Positions 1 to 8,702 of a stretch of DNA of 64,000 nt are shown piece by piece. The stretch's first letter is position 1. Every line of letters starts with the position of its first letter. The notes beneath the pieces are model-generated. The model was not told the origin of the DNA. It did no database searches and was given only the letters and a program-made list of their open reading frames with translations. Position numbers and translations under genes: made by a program. The stretch is from NCBI GenBank assembly GCA_977020255.1, contig CDROCS010002724.1, positions 1 to 64,000 of the forward strand, read 5' to 3'. The DNA comes from Obrimoposthia wandeli. Its lineage: Eukaryota.

Positions 1-350
1 TTTTCTAGTGTTTTTTTTCGTTTTTCAGCAAATGTCATTTCTGGCTGTTTACCTCCATTCGGTTTATTTAAAACTGCATTTAAAGTTACTTGAGACAATC
101 CTAAAATATGATCGATTGTTTCTAATGTTGTTCTTGATTCTTTATTCGGTTTAAAATCTAAGTCTTTCTCGACTAATCCTTCTGTTGCCCAATAATACCT
201 AAAACCTAATCCGTCTACCGTTCTACTTGCAACGGCACCAGCAGTATATTCTACCGAAGCTTCTGGAATTTCATAATAAGGTAATTTTGATTGTGAATTA
301 ACTGTTGTTGTCATCAATATAATTATAAGAAAAGAAAAAAGTGATTTCAT
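1..350 (-). CDS. Secreted conserved protein, possibly DinB-like fold (partial; runs off the left edge)
   Basis: Hand-translated from ATG at 350: MKSLFSFLIIILMTTTVNSQSKLPYYEIPEAS...DGLGFRYYWATEGL...RTTLETIDHILGLS; signal peptide; no stop before position 1; absent from the ORF track. Confidence 0.7.
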   Translation of the reverse strand, partial: MKSLFSFLIIILMTTTVNSQSKLPYYEIPEASVEYTAGAVASRTVDGLGFRYYWATEGLVEKDLDFKPNKESRTTLETIDHILGLSQVTLNAVLNKPNGGKQPEMTFAEKRKKTLE

Positions 351-485
351 TTTTAAAAAGTTTAAAGCTAATTTAAGAAAAACTTTCAGGTATTAACCGA
401 CCAGTATCAAAAGTTGTAGTGTAATCTTAGAATCTGTTCTCTTTTGATATTTTTTTACACTTTATATTTATGTGCTATTTAGAAC

Positions 486-520
486 AAAAAAACATCACTT
501 TAAGAAAGCGATGTTTTTTT
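486..520 (-). terminator. Intrinsic terminator
   Basis: Minus strand CAUCGCUUU-CUU-AAAGUGAUG-U7; one stem position pairs (G.U) only on the minus strand. Confidence 0.75.
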
Positions 521-578
521 AAAAATTTCATTATTGATTAATCCCCCAATTTATCAATATGATTCCCCTGTGTATTAT
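486..578 (-). ncRNA. Candidate small RNA with two G-rich motifs
   Basis: CATATTTG (-7-like) at 590..583; CAGGGGAAT at 570..562; ATTGGGGGATT at 550..540; intrinsic terminator 520..486; no credible ORF; 5' end estimated. Confidence 0.5.
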
Positions 579-756
579 ATTACAAATATGCGATATAAAT
601 TCACTCTACAAAACCACTAATGTATAAATGACACTAATTCGTATATAAATAGCATTATTTAATCTCTTCTAAAAATATTTTTTATACCCCAAAAAAAAAT
701 TGCTTTAAAAATATTATAAATTAAAAGACTCATCAAGTAATACCTATTTTTTAAGC

Positions 757-789
757 AAAAAAAACCGAAGCCTAAGCTTCGGTTTTTTT
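757..789. terminator. Bidirectional intrinsic terminator
   Basis: A8-CCGAAGC-CTAA-GCTTCGG-T7 downstream of 811..1185. Confidence 0.85.
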
Positions 790-810
790 ATGTTATTATA
801 TTTTTAGATA

Positions 811-1185
811 CTATCTTTTCAATTTCATAGTATATACAACATCTCCTTCTGTTGCAGAGAATAATAATTCTTTTTTTGTTAAAAGTTCAATTTTTAAACC
901 ATTTGCTAAGTTCTCATCTTCTTCGAACTTAATTACTTTAGTTGCTTCTTCAAGCTTCCAGTTACCTTTTTTTTCATTATTACTCATTACAACTTCATAC
1001 TTTCCATCAGCATGAAAAATCATCCAGCTGTTGTTTTCTGAAAAATTTTGAGTTTCTTCACCAATTTGTACTGACTCTACTTGCCATTTACCTGATGTTA
1101 AAAATTCTACTTCATTAATTTCTTGTGAAAAAGACGATACTGTTACACTCAGCAACAATAAAAGTACAGGGAATACTTTTCTCAT
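811..1185 (-). CDS. Secreted lipocalin-like beta-barrel protein
   Basis: Signal peptide, LTSGKW..., GNWKL pattern typical of Bacteroidetes lipocalin-like domains. Confidence 0.6.
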   Translation of the reverse strand: MRKVFPVLLLLLSVTVSSFSQEINEVEFLTSGKWQVESVQIGEETQNFSENNSWMIFHADGKYEVVMSNNEKKGNWKLEEATKVIKFEEDENLANGLKIELLTKKELLFSATEGDVVYTMKLKR

Positions 1186-1224
1186 AATTAGGGGGTTAGG
1201 GGTTTAATACATTCAAATATAATT

Positions 1225-1263
1225 AAAAAAAGCCAAAACAAAAAAATGTTTTGGCTTTTTTTT
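1225..1263. terminator. Intrinsic terminator of gapA
   Basis: AAAAAAAGCCAAAACA...TGTTTTGGCTTTTTTTT. Confidence 0.85.
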
Positions 1264-1281
1264 ACAAAATACTATACTTTG

Positions 1282-2724
1282 TTAATAATATGTATAACGA
1301 CGTACTTTAGCTATGTGCTTTGCTAAACGCATTACTTGATGTGAATATCCATACTCATTATCATACCAAACATATATTACAATCGTGTTACCATCTGCAA
1401 TAGTTGCTTTACTATCGAAAATTGAAGGAGCTGTTGTACCTACGATGTCTGAAGATACTAATTCATTATTTAATGAATATTGAATTTGCTCTACCAAATC
1501 ACCTTCTAAAGCATATTGCTTCATTATAGCATTTACCGCTTCTACCGTAGTGTTAGAATTTAACTGTAAGTTTAAAATCGCTAAAGATCCATTTGGTACC
1601 GGTACACGAATAGCGCTTGATGTTAATTTACCTTCTAAAGCTGGCAATGCTTTTGCAACTGCCTTGCCGGCTCCTGTTTCTGTAATTACCATGTTTAAAG
1701 CTGCTGCTCTACCTCTACGGTATTTACTATGCATGTTATCTACTAAGTTTTGATCGTTAGTATATGCATGAATCGTTTCTAAATGTCCTTTTTTAATTCC
1801 GAAGTTATCTTCTAATACTTTTAAGACTGGTGTAATAGCATTCGTTGTACATGAAGCTGCAGAGAAAATATCTACATTATCAGGATTGTTTTCTGAATGA
1901 TTTACTCCGTGTACAATATTCGGAATTCCTTTTCCTGGAGCCGTTAATAATACTTTACTTGCTCCGTTTGGCACTAAATGACGACTTAACGCTTCTTTAT
2001 CTTTAAAAGCACCTGTGTTGTCTATAATTAATGCATCATTAATTCCGTATTTAGTATAATCAATATCTTCTGGCTTACCAGCAGAAATCATATATACTGT
2101 TGTTCCGTTAATAATTAACGCGTTGTTATCTACATCTACCTGAACAGTTCCTAAGAAATCTCCATGCACTGAATCGATACTTAATAATGACGCTCTTTTT
2201 TCTAATACAGCTTCGTTAATTTCGCCACGAGTAACTACAGCCCTTAATCTTAATTGAGAACCTTTACCCATTTTACTCATTAACTCACGAGCTAATAAAC
2301 GACCAATACGACCAAAACCATATAAAACAACATCTTTAGGCTGAATAGCTTCTGCCTCAGTAGCGTCTTTTAATTGATTTTGTACAAAAGCTAATTTATC
2401 TGCATTGTTATCATCTTGTAAATGATACTCGTATGCCAATTTACCGATATCTAATTTTGATGCTGGTAAATCGATAGATTGTATTGCTTTTGCTATTTCT
2501 AAAGCGTCGTTAATCGAAATTGGTTTTGCTACGAATTCTTTAGCATAGTCAATTAAATTTAAAACCTCACTAGCTCTTTTATCTACTAATTGATTTCTAA
2601 ATAAAACTAATTCTATCGATTTATCGTACCATAAATCATTAACGATATTAATAAACTCAACCGTAGCTCGTCTCACTTGCGCCTGACTTACTACTTCATT
2701 TTCGTAATTTGTTATTGTTGACAT
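1282..2724 (-). CDS. gapA: Glyceraldehyde-3-phosphate dehydrogenase, long form with N-terminal extension
   Basis: GFGRIGR, catalytic SAASCTTNAITP, WYDNEYGYS; about 125 extra N-terminal residues. Confidence 0.95.
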   Translation of the reverse strand: MSTITNYENEVVSQAQVRRATVEFINIVNDLWYDKSIELVLFRNQLVDKRASEVLNLIDYAKEFVAKPISINDALEIAKAIQSIDLPASKLDIGKLAYEYHLQDDNNADKLAFVQNQLKDATEAEAIQPKDVVLYGFGRIGRLLARELMSKMGKGSQLRLRAVVTRGEINEAVLEKRASLLSIDSVHGDFLGTVQVDVDNNALIINGTTVYMISAGKPEDIDYTKYGINDALIIDNTGAFKDKEALSRHLVPNGASKVLLTAPGKGIPNIVHGVNHSENNPDNVDIFSAASCTTNAITPVLKVLEDNFGIKKGHLETIHAYTNDQNLVDNMHSKYRRGRAAALNMVITETGAGKAVAKALPALEGKLTSSAIRVPVPNGSLAILNLQLNSNTTVEAVNAIMKQYALEGDLVEQIQYSLNNELVSSDIVGTTAPSIFDSKATIADGNTIVIYVWYDNEYGYSHQVMRLAKHIAKVRRYTYY

Positions 2725-2859
2725 AGTTGTGTGTTAACTAAATTTTTAAAAATTTGCTGTAAAAATAGGGATTTCAAACGGTTTCATAAATAATTTCACC
2801 AAAGAAAAATGTCGCTAAAAAATAATTTTCAACGACATTTGCACCTTTTATCATCAATT

Positions 2860-4239
2860 TTAAAATCTAAAATATTCTTTTTTCCCTTCAGGGCTCATTA
2901 ATTCTAGTATCATTTGTTGATTACCAGTATAAGTATCTAAAACCGCAACAGCTTCTGATGCATTAAGAACTTCTTTACCATTTATTTTAGTTAAAATATA
3001 ACCGGCACCTACTTTATAATACTGAAAGCCTTTGTTATTTGCTGCTGTAATTTTTGCGCCTCCTATTAAGGCGTATTTTTTTCTTTCTGCTGCTGTTAAA
3101 TCTTTTAATTGTACACCGAAAGAAAACGAAGTAAACGTACTCTTCTTACTTAACTTAACCGTTTTTATTAAATCTTCACCATCTCTATTCACTGTCACAG
3201 CCACATATTCTCCTGGTCTTTTTGCTGTTAACTGTCCTTTTAAATCAGAAAATTTTGTAATTCTAACATCATTTACTTTGGTTATAATATCACCTGCTTC
3301 TAAACCTGCTTTTATTGCTTCACTATTATTTTCTATTTCATCAATCTTTACACCTTCAATCACTCCTTCTTTATCATCATAAGCAACAAAACCTATTAAA
3401 GCCTGTTGTACTGAACCGAATTCTAACAAATCATCTACTACCTTTTTAGCAATATTAGATGGCACTGCAAATGAATACCCTATAAAAGAACCTGTTTTAG
3501 ATGAAATTGCCGTATTTATCCCTATTAATTCTCCTCGAGTATTTACTAAGGCTCCACCGCTATTACCAGGATTTACAGCTGCATCTGTTTGAATAAAAGC
3601 TTCCACATTTTTATTTCCATCTAAATCTCTTCCTTTTGCACTTACAATACCTGCTGTAACTGTTGATGTTAAGTTATAAGGATTTCCTACTGCCAAAACC
3701 CATTCTCCTATTTTTGCATTATCAGAATTCCCGAAAGGCAAATACGGTAAATCCTCATCAGTAGCTACTTTTAACAAAGCGATGTCATTACTTTTATCGG
3801 TGCCTATTAAAACTGCTTTTAACTTTTTACGATTATTTAATGTAATTTCAATTTCACTTGCTCCTGCTATTACATGATTGTTTGTAACAATATAACCATC
3901 CGCAGAAATTATTACACCACTCCCCGTACCTACTTGTTCGTATTTTCGAGCTCCTTTTCTTCCAAAAAGTTGTGCATACGGATTTTGTTGTGTTCTTACC
4001 GCGGTGTTTTTAACGTGTACTACCGCATGTACTGTTTTATCTGCTGCCACTGTAAAATCAGTTGGAGCAGCTGACGAATTTATAACTGTTGGTGTATAAT
4101 TTGCTTTTACAGTTTGCAACGTAGGTTCTACATTTTTCTCTACAATTACTTCTGGTTTTTCTATTGCTATTTTATATCCTGAAAGTGCTATTACACCTCC
4201 AACTATTGCAATTCCTAAGGTTTTAAGTGTTTTTTTCAT
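2860..4239 (-). CDS. HtrA/DegP-family serine protease with PDZ domains
   Basis: TNNHV, DIALLK, TDAAVNPGNSGGAL triad motifs; C-terminal PDZ. Confidence 0.95.
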   Translation of the reverse strand: MKKTLKTLGIAIVGGVIALSGYKIAIEKPEVIVEKNVEPTLQTVKANYTPTVINSSAAPTDFTVAADKTVHAVVHVKNTAVRTQQNPYAQLFGRKGARKYEQVGTGSGVIISADGYIVTNNHVIAGASEIEITLNNRKKLKAVLIGTDKSNDIALLKVATDEDLPYLPFGNSDNAKIGEWVLAVGNPYNLTSTVTAGIVSAKGRDLDGNKNVEAFIQTDAAVNPGNSGGALVNTRGELIGINTAISSKTGSFIGYSFAVPSNIAKKVVDDLLEFGSVQQALIGFVAYDDKEGVIEGVKIDEIENNSEAIKAGLEAGDIITKVNDVRITKFSDLKGQLTAKRPGEYVAVTVNRDGEDLIKTVKLSKKSTFTSFSFGVQLKDLTAAERKKYALIGGAKITAANNKGFQYYKVGAGYILTKINGKEVLNASEAVAVLDTYTGNQQMILELMSPEGKKEYFRF

Positions 4240-4273
4240 TTGTTTACCATATTTAATATCTCAAATATAGTAT

Positions 4274-4333
4274 TTTAACATTCTCAATAAATCTGTTTAA
4301 CTTTGTTTTAACTGACTTTAACCCCTATTTAAC
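4274..4333. promoter_or_regulatory. Helically phased TTTAAC repeat array in the degP/dapF divergent promoter
   Basis: TTTAAC starts at 4274, 4296, 4307, 4317, 4328 (spacing 22, 11, 10, 11). Confidence 0.6.
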
Positions 4334-4372
4334 ACTTCTGCTTCGCTGATAAAATATGTATCTTTGCTTTCT

Positions 4373-5146
4373 ATGATTTTGAATTTTTATAAATACCAAG
4401 GTACAGGAAACGATTTTATCATTATTGATAATCGTACTGCAATTTTTCCTAAAAACGACCGCAATTTAGTTACTAAATTATGTGATCGCCATTTTGGTAT
4501 TGGTGCAGATGGATTAATTCTGATAGAAAATGATGTTACTGCCGATTTTAAAATGATTTATTTTAATGCTGATGGTAGTCAAGCTATGTGTGGCAATGGT
4601 GCCAGATGTGCAGTTGCCTTTGCAAAACATTTAAACATCATTAATATTAAAACAACTTTTACTGCTTTTGATGGTCTCCATTATGCTGAAATAAACAACA
4701 ACATCGTTTCATTACAAATGATAGATGTTGATGAAGTAATTATAAATAACGGATATACTTTTGCCAACACAGGTACACTGCATCATGTTGAATTGGTAAA
4801 AAACTTAGCCGATTATCCTGTTTTTGAAAAAGGAAGAGAGATTCGAAACAGTATATACGGTAAAGAAGGAAGTAATGTGAATTTTGTAGAACAACTAAAC
4901 ACAAATACATTTAGAGTTAGAACCTACGAAAGAGGTGTAGAAGATGAAACTTTAGCCTGCGGTACAGGTGTTACAGCTGTTGCACTTGCCATGTATGCGA
5001 CTAGAAAAACTACTGAAACCTCAATTAAATTACCTGTTGAAGGAGGTTTGCTTGAAGTGAGCTTTGAAGAGAAAAACGGGAATTACACCAATATATTTTT
5101 AAAAGGACCCGCCGTTTGTGTGTTTAAAGGCGAAATTAAATTATAA
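4373..5146 (+). CDS. dapF: Diaminopimelate epimerase
   Basis: KYQGTGNDF, MCGNGARC, ERGVEDETLACGTG; ATG 4373 preferred over TTG 4364 (TATCTTTG promoter at 4359..4366). Confidence 0.95.
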   Translation: MILNFYKYQGTGNDFIIIDNRTAIFPKNDRNLVTKLCDRHFGIGADGLILIENDVTADFKMIYFNADGSQAMCGNGARCAVAFAKHLNIINIKTTFTAFDGLHYAEINNNIVSLQMIDVDEVIINNGYTFANTGTLHHVELVKNLADYPVFEKGREIRNSIYGKEGSNVNFVEQLNTNTFRVRTYERGVEDETLACGTGVTAVALAMYATRKTTETSIKLPVEGGLLEVSFEEKNGNYTNIFLKGPAVCVFKGEIKL

Positions 5147-5670
5147 TGAATACATTAAAAGGTACACATATAAATTTAAGAGCGCTTGAACCCGAAGATT
5201 TAGCCTTTCTATTTAAAATAGAAAACAATGAATCTTTTTGGGAAGTTAGCCATACACAAGCTCCGTTTTCGAAATTTATTTTAAAACAATATTTAGAAAA
5301 TGCCCATTTAGATATTTATGAAACAAAACAATTACGCTTAGTTATTGAAGATAACACCTCGTTAAATGCTATTGGCATGATTGATCTTTTTGATTTTAAT
5401 CCGCAGCACAAAAGAGCAGGCATCGGAATTTTAATTCACCCTGATTATCAGCAAAACGGATTTGCCTCCGAAGCATTGCAACTCTTAATTAACTATTGTT
5501 TTATACATTTACACGTACATCAGTTATATGCAAATATTACTGGCGACAATAAAAATAGTATCCGCCTTTTTACAAAACATGATTTTAAAGAAATCGGAAT
5601 TAAAAAAGATTGGATTCTAAGCAACAAAACATATAAAGACGAAATTTTATTTCAATTGATAAATGAATAA
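5146..5670 (+). CDS. GNAT acetyltransferase, RimJ/RimL-SpeG-like
   Basis: LRALEPEDL, AGIGILIHPDYQQNGFASEAL, N..SIRLF. Confidence 0.85.
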   Translation: MNTLKGTHINLRALEPEDLAFLFKIENNESFWEVSHTQAPFSKFILKQYLENAHLDIYETKQLRLVIEDNTSLNAIGMIDLFDFNPQHKRAGIGILIHPDYQQNGFASEALQLLINYCFIHLHVHQLYANITGDNKNSIRLFTKHDFKEIGIKKDWILSNKTYKDEILFQLINE

Positions 5671-6691
5671 GAAAATAATATACATAGCTATTGCCATTAT
5701 ATTTTTAATTGGCGGAATTATTGGTTTTAATTTTTATCAGAAAATATTTGGCAATGCAGTTACTAAAAGCGGCGCTATTTATATAAAATCTGATGATACT
5801 TTTGATGGATTAAAAAAACAACTATCTAACTACATCGATAAACCTGAATACTTTATTTGGGTTGCTGAAAAGAAAAGGTTTACAAAACCAAAAGGCGGAA
5901 AATACATTCTTAAAAAAGGAATGAGTTTAAACGATGTAGTAAACTTACTACGAAGCGGAAACCAAACTCCTATAAAATTATCTTTTAACAATCAAGATTC
6001 ATTAGAGAAGCTGGCAGGAAGAATAGCACAACAAATTGAAACTGATTCTATTTCTTTAGTCAAAGCAATGAGAAACAATGACTTTTTAGTTAAAAATAGT
6101 TTCAATCAAAAAAATGCTTTAGGTATGTATATTCCTAATAGTTATGAATTTTACTGGAACACTTCTGCTGAAAAATTCCGTAATAAAATGTTATCAGAAT
6201 ACAATCGATTTTGGAATACAGCAAGATTAGAAAAAGCTAAAAAGTTAAATTTAACGAAGAAAGAAGTTACTACATTAGCTTCTATCGTTCAAAAAGAAAC
6301 TGCTCAAAAAAGCGAACGCCCAATTGTAGCTGGTTTGTATTTAAATAGGTTAAGAGACGGTTGGCCTTTACAAGCTGATCCTACAGTAATCTACGCTATC
6401 AAACAACTTAAAGGTCAGGATTTCGTTGTAAAACGCGTATTAAATAAAGACCTTAAAATTAAATCGCCTTATAATACGTACCAGAATACTGGTTTACCTC
6501 CATCGTTAATCGCAATGCCGGATGTTTCATCAATAGATGCTGTTTTAAATTACAAAAAACATGGATACTATTATATGTGTGCAAGTGTAGATAATATTGG
6601 TTTTCATGATTTCGCAAGCTCTTTAGCGCAACATAACAGAAATGCTGCTAAATATCAAAGGTGGATTACACAACGTGGTATAAATAGGTAG
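5663..6691 (+). CDS. mltG: Endolytic transglycosylase MltG
   Basis: LASIVQKET, NRL...LQADPTV, SPYNTY; N-terminal TM. Confidence 0.93.
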   Translation: MNKKIIYIAIAIIFLIGGIIGFNFYQKIFGNAVTKSGAIYIKSDDTFDGLKKQLSNYIDKPEYFIWVAEKKRFTKPKGGKYILKKGMSLNDVVNLLRSGNQTPIKLSFNNQDSLEKLAGRIAQQIETDSISLVKAMRNNDFLVKNSFNQKNALGMYIPNSYEFYWNTSAEKFRNKMLSEYNRFWNTARLEKAKKLNLTKKEVTTLASIVQKETAQKSERPIVAGLYLNRLRDGWPLQADPTVIYAIKQLKGQDFVVKRVLNKDLKIKSPYNTYQNTGLPPSLIAMPDVSSIDAVLNYKKHGYYYMCASVDNIGFHDFASSLAQHNRNAAKYQRWITQRGINR

Positions 6692-6888
6692 TTTTAACAA
6701 AATTTTATTCTCACCCAAACTTCTATAATATTACAAAACAGATAATTTAATTTAGATTTTATTGTGTTTTAAACAACAAAACAACTAACTATTTATAACA
6801 TCCATATTTAACACAAGTCTTAATAAACTGACTACTAGCTATTTACAATAATTAATGTACCTTTGCACCGCTAAACAGAAAGTAACTA

Positions 6889-7479
6889 ATTATCAAGTAT
6901 TTAATATTTTTATTAATAGGTTTTGTAGCGCTAGTAAGCTTTACAACTCCAGAGGTTAAGAAAGATAAAATAACATCTACACCAATTACAACAGCATACT
7001 ATGCTGAAAACGTTAACATTCCTTTTTTATTAAAAGATTTTGTTGGCTTTAAAGAAGCTTTAGCTTTTAAAGAATCACAAGGAAAATATCGAGTTGTAAA
7101 CAAACTAGGGTATTTAGGTAAGTATCAATTCGGAAGAGAAACCTTAAAAAGGTTTAGAATTTACAACACTCAAAATTTCCTAAAAACTCCTGAATTACAA
7201 GAAAAAGCTTTTATTGCTTACTGTAAAGTAAATAAATGGATTTTAAGAAAGGATATTAGAAGAAGTGTAGGTAAAACTATTAATGGTACTAAAATTACCG
7301 AATCTGGTATTTTGGCTGCAGCACACTTAAGCGGTGCCGGTAACGTTAAAAAATACTTACGATCTAACGGGGCTATTAGATTTAACGATGCGTTTGGGAC
7401 ATCTATAAAATCATACATGAAAAAATTTGCTGGTTACGATGTTTCTAATATCAAACCAAATAAAAAAGCGCGCGTTTAA
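6889..7479 (+). CDS. Secreted lysozyme-like (transglycosylase-like) protein, 196 aa, probable ATT start
   Basis: Hand-translated open frame from stop at 6883-6885 to TAA 7477-7479: IKYLIFLLIGFVALVSF...FKEALAFKESQGKY...YLGKYQFG...ILAAAHLSGAGNVKKYL; no in-frame ATG/GTG/TTG in the 5' part; promoter TACCTTTG 6858..6865; missed by the ORF track. Confidence 0.8.
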   Translation: MIKYLIFLLIGFVALVSFTTPEVKKDKITSTPITTAYYAENVNIPFLLKDFVGFKEALAFKESQGKYRVVNKLGYLGKYQFGRETLKRFRIYNTQNFLKTPELQEKAFIAYCKVNKWILRKDIRRSVGKTINGTKITESGILAAAHLSGAGNVKKYLRSNGAIRFNDAFGTSIKSYMKKFAGYDVSNIKPNKKARV

Positions 7480-7501
7480 ATCGCTAAAAATTATAAAACA
7501 T

Positions 7502-7539
7502 AAAAAAAACCGCATCTTAATTAAGATGCGGTTTTTTTT
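7502..7539. terminator. Bidirectional terminator (perfect palindrome)
   Basis: A8-CCGCATCTTAATTAAGATGCGG-T8 between convergent genes. Confidence 0.9.
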
Positions 7540-8245
7540 ATGTTTTATGAAGTATAAAAATGGTAGGTCGTTTATGTAAATCTGTTTTTATATTTTTCCA
7601 TTCTTGTACTGTATGTGTTTTTATATATTCTGATGGCAATGTGATATCACACGCTACACACACCCGTGTTTCAGGAGATAAAATTGTACGTAAATCATCT
7701 AACATCTTTTCGTTTCGATAAGGTGTTTCGATAAATATTTGGGATTGATTTTTATCTCTAGAAATCTTTTCCAGTTCTTTTATTGCTCTTTTTCTATCCG
7801 ATTTATCGATAGGTAAATAACCGTTAAAAGCAAAATTCTGACCATTCATACCAGACCCCATCATTGCCATTAATATTGAAGAAGGCCCTACTAAAGGTAC
7901 TACCTGAACACCTCTTTCGTGTGCAAGTTTTACAATACTTGCGCCAGGGTCTGCCACCGCAGGAACACCCGCATCTGATAATAAACCAATTGATATTCCT
8001 TTATCGCATACATCTAAATAATTTCGAATTTCAATATCGTTCGAGTATTTATCTAGCAATAATAACTCTAAAGAAGGTTGTGCTTTATTTGGTGTAATTC
8101 TTTTTATAAATCTTCTTGCTGATTTTTCATTTTCTACAATGAAATGATCAAGATGCTCTATTACTTTTTTAACTGATATAGGCATTACCTCTAATGGTTC
8201 TGTTTCTCCTAAAGTTGTTGGTATTAAGTATAATTTCCCTTTCAT
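7538..8245 (-). CDS. RsmI-like SAM-dependent (tetrapyrrole methylase family) methyltransferase
   Basis: LYLIPTTLG, SDAGVPAVADPG, GPSSI, FIETPYRN. Confidence 0.85.
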   Translation of the reverse strand: MKGKLYLIPTTLGETEPLEVMPISVKKVIEHLDHFIVENEKSARRFIKRITPNKAQPSLELLLLDKYSNDIEIRNYLDVCDKGISIGLLSDAGVPAVADPGASIVKLAHERGVQVVPLVGPSSILMAMMGSGMNGQNFAFNGYLPIDKSDRKRAIKELEKISRDKNQSQIFIETPYRNEKMLDDLRTILSPETRVCVACDITLPSEYIKTHTVQEWKNIKTDLHKRPTIFILHKT

Positions 8246-8700
8246 TAGTTTTGTAATTTTGAAGCAATAATTTCACAAGCTTCATCTAACATTTTATATA
8301 CATTTTCAAAACCTTGATTACCTCCGTAATACGGATCTGGAACATTTCTGTTTTCTGTTGGAAATTGCTCGTTTAAAATCATTTTTACTTTTCGAGCATC
8401 TTCATTATCTTCAATTATCGAAAGAATATTGTGATAATTACTTTCATCCATTGCAAAAATTAAATCAAATTCTTTAAAATCTGATTTAACAAATTTTCTT
8501 GAGCGTTGCTTCGTTATATCTATTCCGTATTTCTTAGCTACTTCAATAGATCTTTCATCTGGTAATTCACCAACATGATAGCCTGCAGTTCCCGCAGAAT
8601 CAATTTTAAAAAATTCGTTTGTTAATTTTGACTGTAAAACACCTTCGGCTAGTGGCGAACGACAAATATTCCCCAAACAAACCATTAGTATTTTTTTCAT
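8245..8700 (-). CDS. Low-molecular-weight protein-tyrosine phosphatase
   Basis: VCLGNICRSPLAEG P-loop, DSAGT, DPYY. Confidence 0.95.
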   Translation of the reverse strand: MKKILMVCLGNICRSPLAEGVLQSKLTNEFFKIDSAGTAGYHVGELPDERSIEVAKKYGIDITKQRSRKFVKSDFKEFDLIFAMDESNYHNILSIIEDNEDARKVKMILNEQFPTENRNVPDPYYGGNQGFENVYKMLDEACEIIASKLQN

Positions 8701-8702
8701 AA

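Noticed and set aside
476-532. Minus-strand micro-ORF MKFLKKHRFLKVMFFCSK
   Set aside because: Runs through the terminator hairpin; its composition is explained by the A/T tracts
7218-7418. 66-aa minus-strand ORF
   Set aside because: Antisense shadow of the real plus-strand gene 6889..7479
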